From: an uncultured delta proteobacterium
Lineage (GTDB): Bacteria > Myxococcota_A > UBA9160 > JAFDET01
Reading direction: 5' to 3'
NCBI GenBank assembly: GCA_947259215.1
Contig: CAMYLJ010000012.1
Span: 15,589-79,588, forward strand
DNA: 64,000 nt
Program-made: the position numbers and the translations under genes
The notes under the pieces: generated by a model
What the model saw: the letters and a program-made list of their open reading frames with translations, nothing else
The model's database searches: none
Told to the model about the DNA's origin: nothing
Part shown: positions 37,532-48,203 of the stretch, one piece after another
Position numbering within the stretch: the first letter of the stretch is position 1
Layout: every line of letters begins with the position of its first letter

Positions 37532-38059
37532 GTGCGAGAACCGAGGGCGGGGAGAGGCGTTCTGCGGCTGCTCCTTCTGGCGGGAGCAGCCCTGGGCGTC
37601 GGTTGTCAGAATGCTTCCACGCAAGCTGGCGGATGGCTGCCGCGGGAACCAGCAGCGAGGTGGGATGCCGTCTCGGATCACTTTCGCGGGCTGGACGTTG
37701 CCATGATCGAGATCGGCTACCGCTATGGGGAATTGCATTGGAGCGGATCGGATCAGAACTGGAGCTATGCCCACTACCAGGTCCAGAAGATCGAGCTCGC
37801 GCTGGAGAATGCACTCGAACGGCGCCCGAAGCGCCGAGGGTCGACCGAGGCGACGTTCATTCCAGCGTTGAATGAAATGGCTCGAGTCGTTCGGGAGCAC
37901 GACGCAGCACGATTCGGCGAAGCGTTCGAACGGATGACCGCGGCGTGCAATGCGTGCCACGCAGCCGAGCAGGTTCCCAGCTTCTACGTCGTGGCTCCCG
38001 AGGCACGCTATTCGCCGATCCGAAGCATGCCCGACGAAATGGTGCCTGATCCGCAATAG
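37532..38059 (+). CDS. hypothetical lipoprotein with a C-terminal CNACH motif (possible four-helix c-type cytochrome)
   Basis: A GTG start after GGGAGAGG. The lipobox is LLLAGAALGVGC and a C-terminal TAACNACHAAE is present. GC is visibly lower than in the neighbouring genes. Confidence 0.5.
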   Translation: MREPRAGRGVLRLLLLAGAALGVGCQNASTQAGGWLPREPAARWDAVSDHFRGLDVAMIEIGYRYGELHWSGSDQNWSYAHYQVQKIELALENALERRPKRRGSTEATFIPALNEMARVVREHDAARFGEAFERMTAACNACHAAEQVPSFYVVAPEARYSPIRSMPDEMVPDPQ

Positions 38060-38071
38060 GCAGCGGTCCGC

Positions 38072-39907
<1,836 letters not shown>

Positions 39908-39921
39908 GCTGCGACTCCCCG

Positions 39922-41253
39922 CTACTTCTTGCCGGGCCGGCGCTCGCGCCAGCCCTCCACGTTGCGCTGCTTGCCCCTCGCCACCGCCAGCGCGCCCTCG
40001 GGCACGTCGCCGGTGACCGTCGATCCGGCCGCCACCGCCGCGTCCTTCTCCACCGTGACCGGCGCGATCAGGTTGGCGTTGCAGCCGATGGTGGCGCCCG
40101 CGCCCACCCGCGTGCGGTGCTTGGCCTGCCAGTCGTAGTTCACCGTGATGGCGCCGCAGCCGAAGGCCGCGCCGGCCCCGACGTCGGCGTCGCCGATGTA
40201 GGCCAGGTGGTCTGCCTTCACGCCCTCGCCCAGGTGGCTGTTCTTCACCTCGACGAAGTTCCCGATCCGCACGCCCTGCTCGAGCACGCTGTCCGGCCGC
40301 AGGTGCGCCATGGGACCGAGCACGCAATCGTCACCCACGCGGCTCGACTCGATCACGCAGTGGGCCTTCACGCGCACGCGCTCGCCCAGGACGGAGTCGC
40401 CGCTGATGACGCAGCCGGGCTCGAGCACGGAGTCGCGGCCGATCGTGACGCCGGCGTCCACGTAGGTGGTGGCGGGATCGATCAAGGTCACGCCCTCGGC
40501 CATCAGGCGCTCGTTCGTGCGCCGGCGTACGGCGGCGGACGCCTGGGCCAGCTCGGCGCGCGTGTTGACCCCCATGGCCTCCTCCGGATCCTCCATCACC
40601 AGCGCTTCCACCGGGCGGCCGTGGGCGATGGCGTAGCCCACGACGTCGGTGATGTAGATCTCGCCCTGGGCGTTGCGGTCGTCCACCTGGGCCAGCCCCT
40701 TCCACAGGAGCTCGGCGTCCACGAGGTAGACGCCGGTGTTGCCCTCTTCGATCTGCTGCTCCTCGGGCGTGGCGTCGGTCATCTCCACGATCCGCTCCAC
40801 ACGGCCGCCGGGGCCGCGCACGATGCGGCCGGGGAGCGGCCAGTGCCCGGTCAGGATCACCAGCTCGGCGCCGGTCGTGGTCTTGTGGGCCGCCAGCCGC
40901 TCCAGCGTCTCGCCGCGCAGCAGCGGCGTGTCGCCGTAGAGCACCAGCACGTCGCCGCGGAAATCGGCCAGGAAGTCCTGAGCCTGGAGCACCGCGTGTC
41001 CCGTGCCGCGGCGCTCGGCCTGGAGCAGGAAGGTCGCGCGGCGGGCGAAGGCCTCGCGCACCTCGTCGGCGTCGTTCCCCACCACCACGGCCAGGCGGCT
41101 CGGCTCGAGGGACTCCGCGGCGGCCAGGACGTGGCCGAGCATGGGGCGGCCCGCGACCTCGTGCAGGACCTTGTTGCGGTCCGACTTCATGCGGGTGCCC
41201 TGGCCGGCGGCCAGGACCACCACGGCCAGCTCGCGGGACGCGGCGCCCATCAC
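39922..41253 (-). CDS. glmU: bifunctional UDP-N-acetylglucosamine diphosphorylase / glucosamine-1-phosphate N-acetyltransferase
   Basis: VVLAAGQGTRMKS and C-terminal left-handed beta-helix hexapeptide repeats. It lies immediately upstream of glmS. Confidence 0.9.
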   Translation of the reverse strand: MMGAASRELAVVVLAAGQGTRMKSDRNKVLHEVAGRPMLGHVLAAAESLEPSRLAVVVGNDADEVREAFARRATFLLQAERRGTGHAVLQAQDFLADFRGDVLVLYGDTPLLRGETLERLAAHKTTTGAELVILTGHWPLPGRIVRGPGGRVERIVEMTDATPEEQQIEEGNTGVYLVDAELLWKGLAQVDDRNAQGEIYITDVVGYAIAHGRPVEALVMEDPEEAMGVNTRAELAQASAAVRRRTNERLMAEGVTLIDPATTYVDAGVTIGRDSVLEPGCVISGDSVLGERVRVKAHCVIESSRVGDDCVLGPMAHLRPDSVLEQGVRIGNFVEVKNSHLGEGVKADHLAYIGDADVGAGAAFGCGAITVNYDWQAKHRTRVGAGATIGCNANLIAPVTVEKDAAVAAGSTVTGDVPEGALAVARGKQRNVEGWRERRPGKK

Positions 41254-41321
41254 TCTCCCTTCGGCACGTTCGACGGGGGGCTGACGCCTTCCACGGCGAA
41301 CCGGTCAAGGTACCCTCCTTC

Positions 41322-43115
41322 GTGCGTGCCCCCCACGCCGCAGAGGTGTTGGGTGATCCCCCGCGGGGGAAGGCCACTTCGGCTATCCTCCGCGCGCGGC
41401 CCACAGCCCATCCACGGCAGGGGGAATCCATCCGCGTCTTCGGCAACACCCAGGGTCTGAAGGCCCACCAGGTCCGACAGCTCGAACGCCTCTACCGCCG
41501 CAGGCTCCCGGCCGAGCGGCTGGTCACCCAGGAGCTCGCCCGCGAGCTGGCCGGGCTCACGGCCGAGACCGGCCGGCGCGTCGGCGTGCTGGTGGACCGG
41601 CGCGGCCAGGTCGAGCACGTGATGGTGGGCGACGCCCGCGTGATCGAGCTGCCGGACTGGGGACGCATGCGCGCGGGCCGCGGCCGCCTGCGCGGCCTGC
41701 GCCTGCTGCACACGCATCTCGGCGACGAGCCGCTGACGGCGGACGACCTGACCGACCTGGCGCTCCTGCGCCTCGACGCCACGGTGGCCATCTCCACCGA
41801 CGAGGACGGCCTTCCGGGCCTCGCCTACACCGCGGCGCTGCGCGCCGCCAACGACGCCGGCGATCCCATCGAGCACTTCGAGCCCGTGCCGCCGGCGCGG
41901 CTCGACCTCGACTTCCCGGCCTGGATCCGCGAGCGTGAGGAGGACATCGCCCGCGCCGCCAGCACCCGAGCCGTGGGCGAGGGCGAGCGGGCGGTGCTGG
42001 TGTCCGTCACCCAGGGCCGCCGCAACGAGGACGAGCGCGAGATGCAGGTGGCCGAGCTGCGCGAGCTGGCTCGAGCCGCGGGCGTCGAGGTGGTGGACGA
42101 GGTGACGCAGCACCGGGCGCGGATCGACCCCAAGACCGTCGTCGGCGCCGGCAAGCTCCAGGACCTGGTGGTGCGCGCCCTGTGGAACGACGCGGACCTG
42201 GTGATCTTCGACCAGAACCTCTCGCCCACCCAGGCGCGCAACCTCGGCGAGCGGCTGGAGCTGCGCGTCATCGACCGCACCCAGCTGATCCTCGACATCT
42301 TCGCCCAGCGCGCGAGCTCGCGGGACGGCAAGCTCCAGGTGGAGCTGGCCCAGCTGCGCTACCGCACGCCGCGCCTGGCGCAGCGCGACAGCTCGCTCTC
42401 GCGCCTGGCCGGCGGCATCGGCGGGCGCGGCCCGGGCGAGACGAAGCTCGAGGTGGACCGCCGCCGCGTGCGCGATCGCATCGCCCGGCTCGAGCGCGAG
42501 CTGAAGCAGCTCCGCCGCGGCCGAGAGGGACGCCGCAAGCGCCGCGATCGCCAGGGACTCCCGGTGCTCTCGATCGTCGGCTACACGAACGCCGGCAAGA
42601 GCACCCTGCTGCGCGCGCTCACCCGGAGCGAGGTAGTGGTGAAGGACGAGATGTTCGCCACCCTCGACCCGGCGTCGCGGCGCCTGCGCTTCCCCCACGA
42701 GCGCGACGTCATCATCACCGACACCGTCGGCTTCATCCGCGACCTGCCCCAGGACCTGGTCGAGGCCTTCCGCGCCACCCTGGAGGAGCTCCGCGACGCC
42801 GATCTCTTCCTGCACGTGGTGGACGCCGCCACGCCCGACTGCGAGCGGCGCATCGAGGCCGTGCGCAAGGTGCTGTCCGACATCGGGCTCGCGGACACGC
42901 CCGAGGTGCTGGTCTTCAACCAGACGGACCGCCTCCCCCCGGGAGTGGGCGAAGCGATCGCCCAACGACACGACGGCGTCGCCGTCTCGGCCCTGCGGGG
43001 CGAAGGTCTGGCGGAGCTGCTGGAGCGGGTTGCAAAGCAGCTCTGGCGAGAGGACATTCCGGCATTGCGCCGACGGCGCCTGTCGGCGCTGACAGCGGGG
43101 GGACGGCAGCAATGA
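41322..43115 (+). CDS. hflX: GTPase HflX
   Basis: The HflX N-domain, G1 [16 protein letters not shown] and NQTD. The start is uncertain (GTG 41322, or GTG/TTG at 41346/41349). Confidence 0.85.
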   Translation: MRAPHAAEVLGDPPRGKATSAILRARPTAHPRQGESIRVFGNTQGLKAHQVRQLERLYRRRLPAERLVTQELARELAGLTAETGRRVGVLVDRRGQVEHVMVGDARVIELPDWGRMRAGRGRLRGLRLLHTHLGDEPLTADDLTDLALLRLDATVAISTDEDGLPGLAYTAALRAANDAGDPIEHFEPVPPARLDLDFPAWIREREEDIARAASTRAVGEGERAVLVSVTQGRRNEDEREMQVAELRELARAAGVEVVDEVTQHRARIDPKTVVGAGKLQDLVVRALWNDADLVIFDQNLSPTQARNLGERLELRVIDRTQLILDIFAQRASSRDGKLQVELAQLRYRTPRLAQRDSSLSRLAGGIGGRGPGETKLEVDRRRVRDRIARLERELKQLRRGREGRRKRRDRQGLPVLSIVGYTNAGKSTLLRALTRSEVVVKDEMFATLDPASRRLRFPHERDVIITDTVGFIRDLPQDLVEAFRATLEELRDADLFLHVVDAATPDCERRIEAVRKVLSDIGLADTPEVLVFNQTDRLPPGVGEAIAQRHDGVAVSALRGEGLAELLERVAKQLWREDIPALRRRRLSALTAGGRQQ

Positions 43116-44116
43116 CGACGCGCGCGCGGATCGCGGGGGCGGGCTTCTTCGTGCCCGAGCGCGTGGTCAGCAATCACGACCTCGAGCAGCTGATGGACAC
43201 CAACGACGAGTGGATCCGCCAGCGCTCGGGGATCGAGGAGCGCCGTTACATCACGCCGGGCGAGACGCCCGCGGACCTGGCGCAGCGCGCCAGCCAGCGC
43301 GCCCTGGCGGCGGCGGGACTGGAGCCGCGCGACGTCGACCTGATCGTGCTGGCCACGCTCTCGTCGCAGCACGAGTTCCCGGGAACCTCCTTCTTCCTCC
43401 AGCGCCAGCTCGGCCTGGACGACACCCCCTGCATGGACCTGCGGGCCCAGTGCACGGGCTTCCTCTACGCCCTCACCACGGCCAACGCCATGGTGCGCTC
43501 GGGGCAGTTCCAGCGGGTGCTGGCGGTGGGCTGCGAGGTCCACTCGACGGGGATCGACCTCACGACCGAGGGCCGCGACGTGGCGGTCCTCTTCGGTGAC
43601 GGCGCCGGCGCGGTGGTGGTCGAAGCCGCGGATGCCGGGGAGGCCGCGGGCATCCTCGAGTGCCGGCTGCACGCCCAGGGCGCGAACGCCGAAAAGCTGT
43701 GGCTCGAGTTCCCGAGTTCCGGCCACACCCCCGTGCGCATCGATCACGAGGCCATCGACCAGAAGCGCCACTTCCCGCGCATGGAGGGCCGCCAGGTCTT
43801 CAAGCACGCCGTGACGCGCTTGCCGGAGGTGCTGCTCGAGGCCCTCTCGGCCGCCAGCCTGAAGCTCGAGGACGTGGACCTCTTCCTCTTCCACCAGGCC
43901 AACCTGCGGATCAACGAGTACGTGGCCAACCAGCTCGGGATCCCGCCGGAGAAGTGCCTCTCCAACATCCAGCGCTACGGCAACTGCTCGGCGGCCTCGA
44001 TCCCGATCCTGCTGGCAGAGGCCTGGGAGGCGGGACGCCTCACGCCGGGCACCACGGTCGCCATGACCGCCTTCGGCTCCGGCTTCTCCTGGGGCAGTGC
44101 GATCGCCCGCTTCTGA
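43112..44116 (+). CDS. fabH: 3-oxoacyl-ACP synthase III
   Basis: AQCTGFLYAL (active-site Cys), FLFHQANLRI and GNCSAASIP. ATGA overlap with hflX. Confidence 0.9.
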   Translation: MTTRARIAGAGFFVPERVVSNHDLEQLMDTNDEWIRQRSGIEERRYITPGETPADLAQRASQRALAAAGLEPRDVDLIVLATLSSQHEFPGTSFFLQRQLGLDDTPCMDLRAQCTGFLYALTTANAMVRSGQFQRVLAVGCEVHSTGIDLTTEGRDVAVLFGDGAGAVVVEAADAGEAAGILECRLHAQGANAEKLWLEFPSSGHTPVRIDHEAIDQKRHFPRMEGRQVFKHAVTRLPEVLLEALSAASLKLEDVDLFLFHQANLRINEYVANQLGIPPEKCLSNIQRYGNCSAASIPILLAEAWEAGRLTPGTTVAMTAFGSGFSWGSAIARF

Positions 44117-44225
44117 GCTCTCGTTCCTGACTCGGAGTCGACTTGCTGCGGCGCGTCGATCCGCAAGCAGAGCGACACAGCAAACCTCCGAATTAATTGA
44201 TATTTCATATTCAGGAGGGGCCGTC

Positions 44226-44253
44226 TTGACGCCGTGACGCGGCGAGTTATTTT
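44226..44253 (+). promoter_or_regulatory. possible sigma-70-type promoter of the phasin gene
   Basis: TTGACG-N16-TATTTT about 38 nt upstream of the ATG at 44291. An unusually AT-rich tract (44191..44213) lies just upstream. Confidence 0.3.
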
Positions 44254-44290
44254 GCTCGCCCTCTGCGAACGCCCATCAGGAGACACAGTC

Positions 44291-44680
44291 ATGGCCCAGA
44301 ACGGCAAGAACCCCGTCGAGAACGCTCTCTCCGGTCTCGAAAAGGAGTTCGACAAGGTCCGCAAGCAGATCGAGACCCGAACCCGCGACATCGAGAAGCG
44401 CCTCTCCAAGGGCCGCAAGCAGATCGAGACCCGGAGCCGCAAGCAGCTCCGGAGCATCGCCAGCGAGGTGCGCAAGAACCCCGTGGTGAAGCGCGCCGAG
44501 GCCCTGCGCAAGGACGCGGAGAAGCAGCTGGAGACCGGCGTCGAGAACGTTCTCGGCTTCTTCCAGATCGCGAGCAAGAGCGACGTGGACGACATCGACC
44601 GCAAGCTGAAGTCGCTGGGCAAGAAGCTCTCGAGCCTGGAGAAGGACGAGATCCCGAGGCGGCGCCCGGCCCAGATCTGA
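44291..44680 (+). CDS. phasin (polyhydroxyalkanoate granule-associated protein) family
   Basis: The ATG at 44291 follows AGGAGA. KNPVVKRAEALRKDAEKQLETGVENVLGFFQIASKSDVDDIDRKLKSL matches the PHA-granule phasin pattern. There is an internal RKQIETR duplication. Confidence 0.7.
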   Translation: MAQNGKNPVENALSGLEKEFDKVRKQIETRTRDIEKRLSKGRKQIETRSRKQLRSIASEVRKNPVVKRAEALRKDAEKQLETGVENVLGFFQIASKSDVDDIDRKLKSLGKKLSSLEKDEIPRRRPAQI

Positions 44681-44716
44681 TCCAGGCGGCCCGAGCCGCG
44701 AGCGGTGAGAGGATGC

Positions 44717-44748
44717 CCGGCGGGGACCCGCCGCCGGACACTTTTTTT
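44717..44748 (+). terminator. intrinsic terminator downstream of the phasin gene
   Basis: A 7-bp GC stem (CCGGCGG and CCGCCGG) with a 7-nt loop is followed by ACAC and a T7 run. A T7 run is rare in this GC-rich DNA. Confidence 0.45.
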
Positions 44749-44811
44749 GCCTGAGAGCTGCCACCTACCCCCTCCCCTGGGCCACTACCAGGAGGGGGAC
44801 TGGAGGCCGTT

Positions 44812-45264
44812 CTGGGTCCGTCGCTGCACATCGCCCGCTCCGCGCTGCTCGTCCTGGCTCTGGGGCTCTCCCCGGCGGCCGGCGCGCTGCCGCTGGAGAA
44901 GGACGCGGCCGAGGCGCCTCCCGCTGTCCGCGAGCCGGTCGCAGCGCCGACCGCGCCGCCGGCGTCCCCGGTGCGCAGCGCCCTGGTGGCGTCCCACCTC
45001 GACGAGCTGGCCGAGCAGGTGGCCCGGGCCGCGAGGGCCGCGGAAGCCGCCAAGGCCGCGCCGCCCCCGGCGGCCCCGATCGCCGACGAGCGGGTGCGCA
45101 TCCGGTTCGAGGGCATGCGGCCGTTGTCGATCCGCCTGGACGTCGGCATGATGACCGGCGTCGCCAACGGCCTCCTGAAGCCGCCGCCGGACTTCCTGGT
45201 GCCGCGCGTCGCCGCCCCGGCAGACGACGGCGTCGAGCGCCTGCGCCCGCTCGCCCAGCGCTAG
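44812..45264 (+). CDS. hypothetical secreted protein with no canonical start codon upstream of its signal-peptide-like region
   Basis: The open frame runs 44755..45264 with high GC3. It reads (L)GPSLHIARSALLVLALGLSPAAGA-LPLEK..., and GGAGGGGGA lies 12 nt before the CTG at 44812. The first ATG/GTG/TTG in frame is the GTG at 44971. Confidence 0.35.
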   Translation: MGPSLHIARSALLVLALGLSPAAGALPLEKDAAEAPPAVREPVAAPTAPPASPVRSALVASHLDELAEQVARAARAAEAAKAAPPPAAPIADERVRIRFEGMRPLSIRLDVGMMTGVANGLLKPPPDFLVPRVAAPADDGVERLRPLAQR

Positions 45265-45353
45265 CGACGCGCGAAGCTCCGCAGCCAGCGCCGCGCTGGC
45301 GGGCCGGGGTGGATGTGGGACCCTCTCGGCGCCCCAGCCCCAGGAGAACCCCC

Positions 45354-46520
45354 GTGGCCGACTTCCAGGGCGTCGACTTCCTCCGCCTCGACGAGCTCCT
45401 GTCCGAGGAGGAGAAGCTCGCCCGCGAGAGCGTGCGCGAGTTCGTCTCGAAGGAGTTCCTGCCGCGCATCCAGGAGCACGTGCGCCAGGACGGCTCCTTC
45501 CCCATGGAGCTGGTGGCGCCCATGGCCGAGCTCGGCCTCTTCGGCGCCAACCTCCACGGCTGGGGCTGCGCCGGCATGAACAACGTGGCCTACGGGCTCG
45601 TGATGCAGGAGCTCGAGCGCGGCGACTCCGGCCTGCGCTCGTTCGCCTCGGTCCAGGGCTCGCTCGTCATGTACCCGATCCACAGCTACGGGTCGGACGC
45701 CCAGAAGGACCGCTGGCTCCCGGCCCTCCAGAGCGGCCAGGCCATCGGCTGCTTCGGATTGACCGAGCCCGACTTCGGCAGCCACATCACCGCCATGCGC
45801 ACCAAGGCCGAGCGCCGCGGCGACACCTGGCTGCTGAACGGCACCAAGCGCTGGATCACCAACGGCACCCTGGCGGAGGTGGCGGTGATCTGGGCCTCGA
45901 CCGACGACGGGATCCGCGGCTTCCTGGTGGAGCGGGGCACGCCGGGCTTCGAGGCGCGGGACATCAAGGGCAAGTTCTCGCTGCGCGCCTCGGTCACCTC
46001 CGAGCTCTTCCTGCGCGACGTGGAGGTTCCGGAGTCGAGCCGCCTGCCGAAGGCCGAGGGCATGCGGGGCCCGCTCTCGTGCCTCACCCAGGCGCGCTAC
46101 GGCATCGCCTGGGGCGCGCTCGGCGCCGCCATGGCCTGCTACGACGAGGCGCTCGAGTACAGCAAGGAGCGCATCGTCGCCGGCGGCCCGCTGGCCGGAA
46201 AGCAGCTCACCCAGCAGAAGCTGGTGGAGATGCTGGCGGAGATCACCAAGGGCCAGCTGGTGGCCTGGCGCGTCGGGCGCATCAAGGACGAGGGCAACCT
46301 GGACTTCGCCATGGTCTCCCTGGCCAAGCGCAACAACGTGGACGTGGCGCTGCGCATTGCGCGCGAGGCGCGGGACCTGCTCGGGGCCAACGGCATCGTC
46401 GACGACTACCAGTCCATGCGCCACATGATGAACCTCGAGACCGTGCGCACCTACGAGGGGACGCACGACGTCCACACGCTCATCCTGGGCGAGAAGATCA
46501 CGGGTCTGCGGGCGCTCTAA
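45354..46520 (+). CDS. gcdH: glutaryl-CoA dehydrogenase-like acyl-CoA dehydrogenase
   Basis: CFGLTEPDFGS, RWITNG, ARYGIAWGALGAA and TYEGTHDVHTLI. The GTG start at 45354 follows AGGAGA. Confidence 0.75.
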   Translation: MADFQGVDFLRLDELLSEEEKLARESVREFVSKEFLPRIQEHVRQDGSFPMELVAPMAELGLFGANLHGWGCAGMNNVAYGLVMQELERGDSGLRSFASVQGSLVMYPIHSYGSDAQKDRWLPALQSGQAIGCFGLTEPDFGSHITAMRTKAERRGDTWLLNGTKRWITNGTLAEVAVIWASTDDGIRGFLVERGTPGFEARDIKGKFSLRASVTSELFLRDVEVPESSRLPKAEGMRGPLSCLTQARYGIAWGALGAAMACYDEALEYSKERIVAGGPLAGKQLTQQKLVEMLAEITKGQLVAWRVGRIKDEGNLDFAMVSLAKRNNVDVALRIAREARDLLGANGIVDDYQSMRHMMNLETVRTYEGTHDVHTLILGEKITGLRAL

Positions 46521-46604
46521 CTAGGAGCCTGACCCAAGATGGGGCACACCGTCCGGACGCCGAGACGCCCGGACGGCGCACCCCATCTTGGGTCATGCTC
46601 CTAG
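46521..46604. repeat. 84-nt imperfect palindromic intergenic element bounded by CTAG
   Basis: CTAGGAGCCTGACCCAAGATGGGGCACACCGTCCGG...CCGGACGGCGCACCCCATCTTGGGTCATGCTCCTAG. It fills the gap between convergent genes, and the right CTAG holds the stop of the OmpA-like gene. It shares GACCCAAGA/TCTTGGGTC with the 74-nt element. Confidence 0.85.
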
Positions 46605-47674
46605 AGCGGCTCCGGCACGCCCCGCGGATAGGTCACCACGATCACGCTCTGGTTGATGCGCTGCGCCCCCTGGCTGCGCCAGGTGTCCTCGAGCCCGTAT
46701 TCCTTCGCCACGCGTTGGTCGATCTGGGGCGGCTCCCAGCCGAGCCACAGGGCCTCGATGCGGTTCCCCGCCACGCCCTTCGCCACCAGCGCGTCGCGCA
46801 CCGCCAGGGCCCGCTGGCCCGAGAGGCGCCGGTTGTAGCGCAGGTCGCCGATCTTGCTGGCGCGCCCGATCAGGAGGACCTTGTCCTCGGGGCGCGCGTC
46901 GAGCCGCTCCGCCACGTCGGCCAGGATTCCGCTCTCGAAGCCGGCGTCGACGTCGGCGCTGTCCAGCTCGAAGCCCACGATGCCGTGGGGCAGCCGTGCC
47001 ACCGAGAGCACGTGGCAGCGCACGAGGGTCGCGACCAGCGGCGCGCAGAAGCTGCGGCACTCCGCGATCTGCTTCAGGTAGTCGGCGTAGGACACGGAGT
47101 TCGCGCGGATGAAGTCGCGGTGCTCCTGCATGTGGGCAGCGGCGGCTTCCATCACCGCCGCGTCCTCGACGCCCGTCGCCCGCTGGAGCGTCTCCACCGA
47201 GAGGTTCATCGCCTCGGCCTTGCACTCCCGCTCCAGCAGCGGGTTCGCGTCCTTGGTGACCGCCAGGGCCTGGAACCAGCCGGGCCGCCCCGGCGGGCCC
47301 GGGAAGTCGACCTTCTCCTCGCCGCCCGGGCGGCCGCGCACGGCGTCGCCCGTCTCGAGGAACTCGTCGATCAGCGACTCCACCTCGGGCGCCTGCTGCA
47401 CGCCTGCGCCACAGGGGTTGCACGGATTGCACGGGTTGGCGCCGCGCTTGCCGCACGGGTTGCAGGGGTTCGCCTTCCCGCGCGCGCAGGGGTTGCACGG
47501 ATTCGCCTTGCCCGCGCACGGGTTCGTCTTGCCGGCACACGGATTGGCCTTCGCCGCACAGGGATTGCGGGGCTGCTCCCAGGGCGCCCGCGGCGCCTGG
47601 GCGTGGCTGGTGGAGATGGCCAGCAGGACCCCGAGGAGACCTGCCAGCACCGCGGCGCGTTCACTCTTCCACAT
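46601..47674 (-). CDS. secreted OmpA-C-like peptidoglycan-binding protein with an N-terminal NPC cysteine-repeat region
   Basis: Signal peptide ending SHA-QA. Ten NPC triplets occupy aa 37-88. The C-terminal GRASKIGDLRYNRRLSGQRALAVRDALVAKGV is an OmpA-like motif. Confidence 0.75.
   Translation of the reverse strand: MWKSERAAVLAGLLGVLLAISTSHAQAPRAPWEQPRNPCAAKANPCAGKTNPCAGKANPCNPCARGKANPCNPCGKRGANPCNPCNPCGAGVQQAPEVESLIDEFLETGDAVRGRPGGEEKVDFPGPPGRPGWFQALAVTKDANPLLERECKAEAMNLSVETLQRATGVEDAAVMEAAAAHMQEHRDFIRANSVSYADYLKQIAECRSFCAPLVATLVRCHVLSVARLPHGIVGFELDSADVDAGFESGILADVAERLDARPEDKVLLIGRASKIGDLRYNRRLSGQRALAVRDALVAKGVAGNRIEALWLGWEPPQIDQRVAKEYGLEDTWRSQGAQRINQSVIVVTYPRGVPEPL
47411..47566 (-). repeat. 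coding tandem repeat (NPCAxKx / NPCNPC units)
   Basis: It encodes NPCAAKANPCAGKTNPCAGKANPCNPCARGKANPCNPCGKRGANPCNPCNPC. Reiterated GGGTTGCA(C/G)GG units are visible on the plus strand. Confidence 0.9.
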
Positions 47675-48152
47675 GGTTCTCGAACCTCTCTCGCAGGGCA
47701 GGACTCTGCCAGTCCTGCTCGCCGAACAGGCGGTCCACCACCCGACCGTCGCGCCCCAGGATCGCGGTCCCGGGAACGCCCAGGATCGCGAGCCGGTCGC
47801 GCAGCTTCGCGTAGGGATCGAAGTAGACCGGGAACGGGAGCTCGTGCTCCCTCAGGAAGTCGCGCAGGTCGCTCTCGCGCACGTCGTTGCTCACCGTCAG
47901 GAGGGTCAGCCCCTTCTCGCGCAGGGCCGGGTAGGCCTCGCGATGGAACGCCACCAGCGAGGGCAGCTCCCGCGTGCAGGGGTCGCACCAGGTGGCCCAG
48001 AAGTGCACCAGGACGACGCGCCCCGCATGGCTCTCGAGCGCAGGCAGCCCGTCCTCGTAGGCAGACTCCGCCCGAGCCGCGCCGGTTCCGGCCAGCAGCA
48101 GGCACGCCGTCCACGCGAGGCTGCGGGCGAGGCGTGCGCCGTGGCCGGCCAT
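47661..48152 (-). CDS. TlpA/ResA-family periplasmic thiol-disulfide oxidoreductase
   Basis: Signal peptide, a thioredoxin fold with the WCDPC active site, and VPGTAILGRDG. It overlaps the downstream NPC-repeat gene by 14 nt. Confidence 0.8.
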   Translation of the reverse strand: MAGHGARLARSLAWTACLLLAGTGAARAESAYEDGLPALESHAGRVVLVHFWATWCDPCTRELPSLVAFHREAYPALREKGLTLLTVSNDVRESDLRDFLREHELPFPVYFDPYAKLRDRLAILGVPGTAILGRDGRVVDRLFGEQDWQSPALRERFENHVEE

Positions 48153-48203
48153 CGGGCGGGTCCTCCGTGCAGCCCCTCACTGCGGGCGCTGGCGGGGTCG
48201 GAG

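Noticed and set aside
35154-37814. 886-aa minus-strand ORF
   Set aside because: Only the C-terminal 288 codons (the PEP-CTERM protein) are credible. The upstream part overlaps, in other frames, the HXXEE-like and methyltransferase genes, which have proper signatures.
44241-44256. Possible sigma-54 promoter upstream of the phasin gene (GGCGAGTTATTTTGCT)
   Set aside because: The GG to GC spacing is 11 nt, not the canonical 10, and the -24 element is poor (CGGCGA against TGGCAC).
44234-44290. The GTG at 44234 as the phasin start (track ORF MTRRVILLALCERPSGDTV...)
   Set aside because: The extra 19 residues are not phasin-like. The ATG at 44291 has a well-placed AGGAGA, and the predicted promoter would lie inside the longer ORF.
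47411-47566. Short-period DNA repeats that might be mistaken for a CRISPR-like or VNTR array. The GGTCGC repeats near 23100..23160 and the CTGATCTGGGA repeats near 48600..48650 are similar cases.
   Set aside because: All lie inside ORFs and encode peptide repeats (NPC units, RG tail, SQIR units). The period is far too short and there are no spacers, so none is a CRISPR array.
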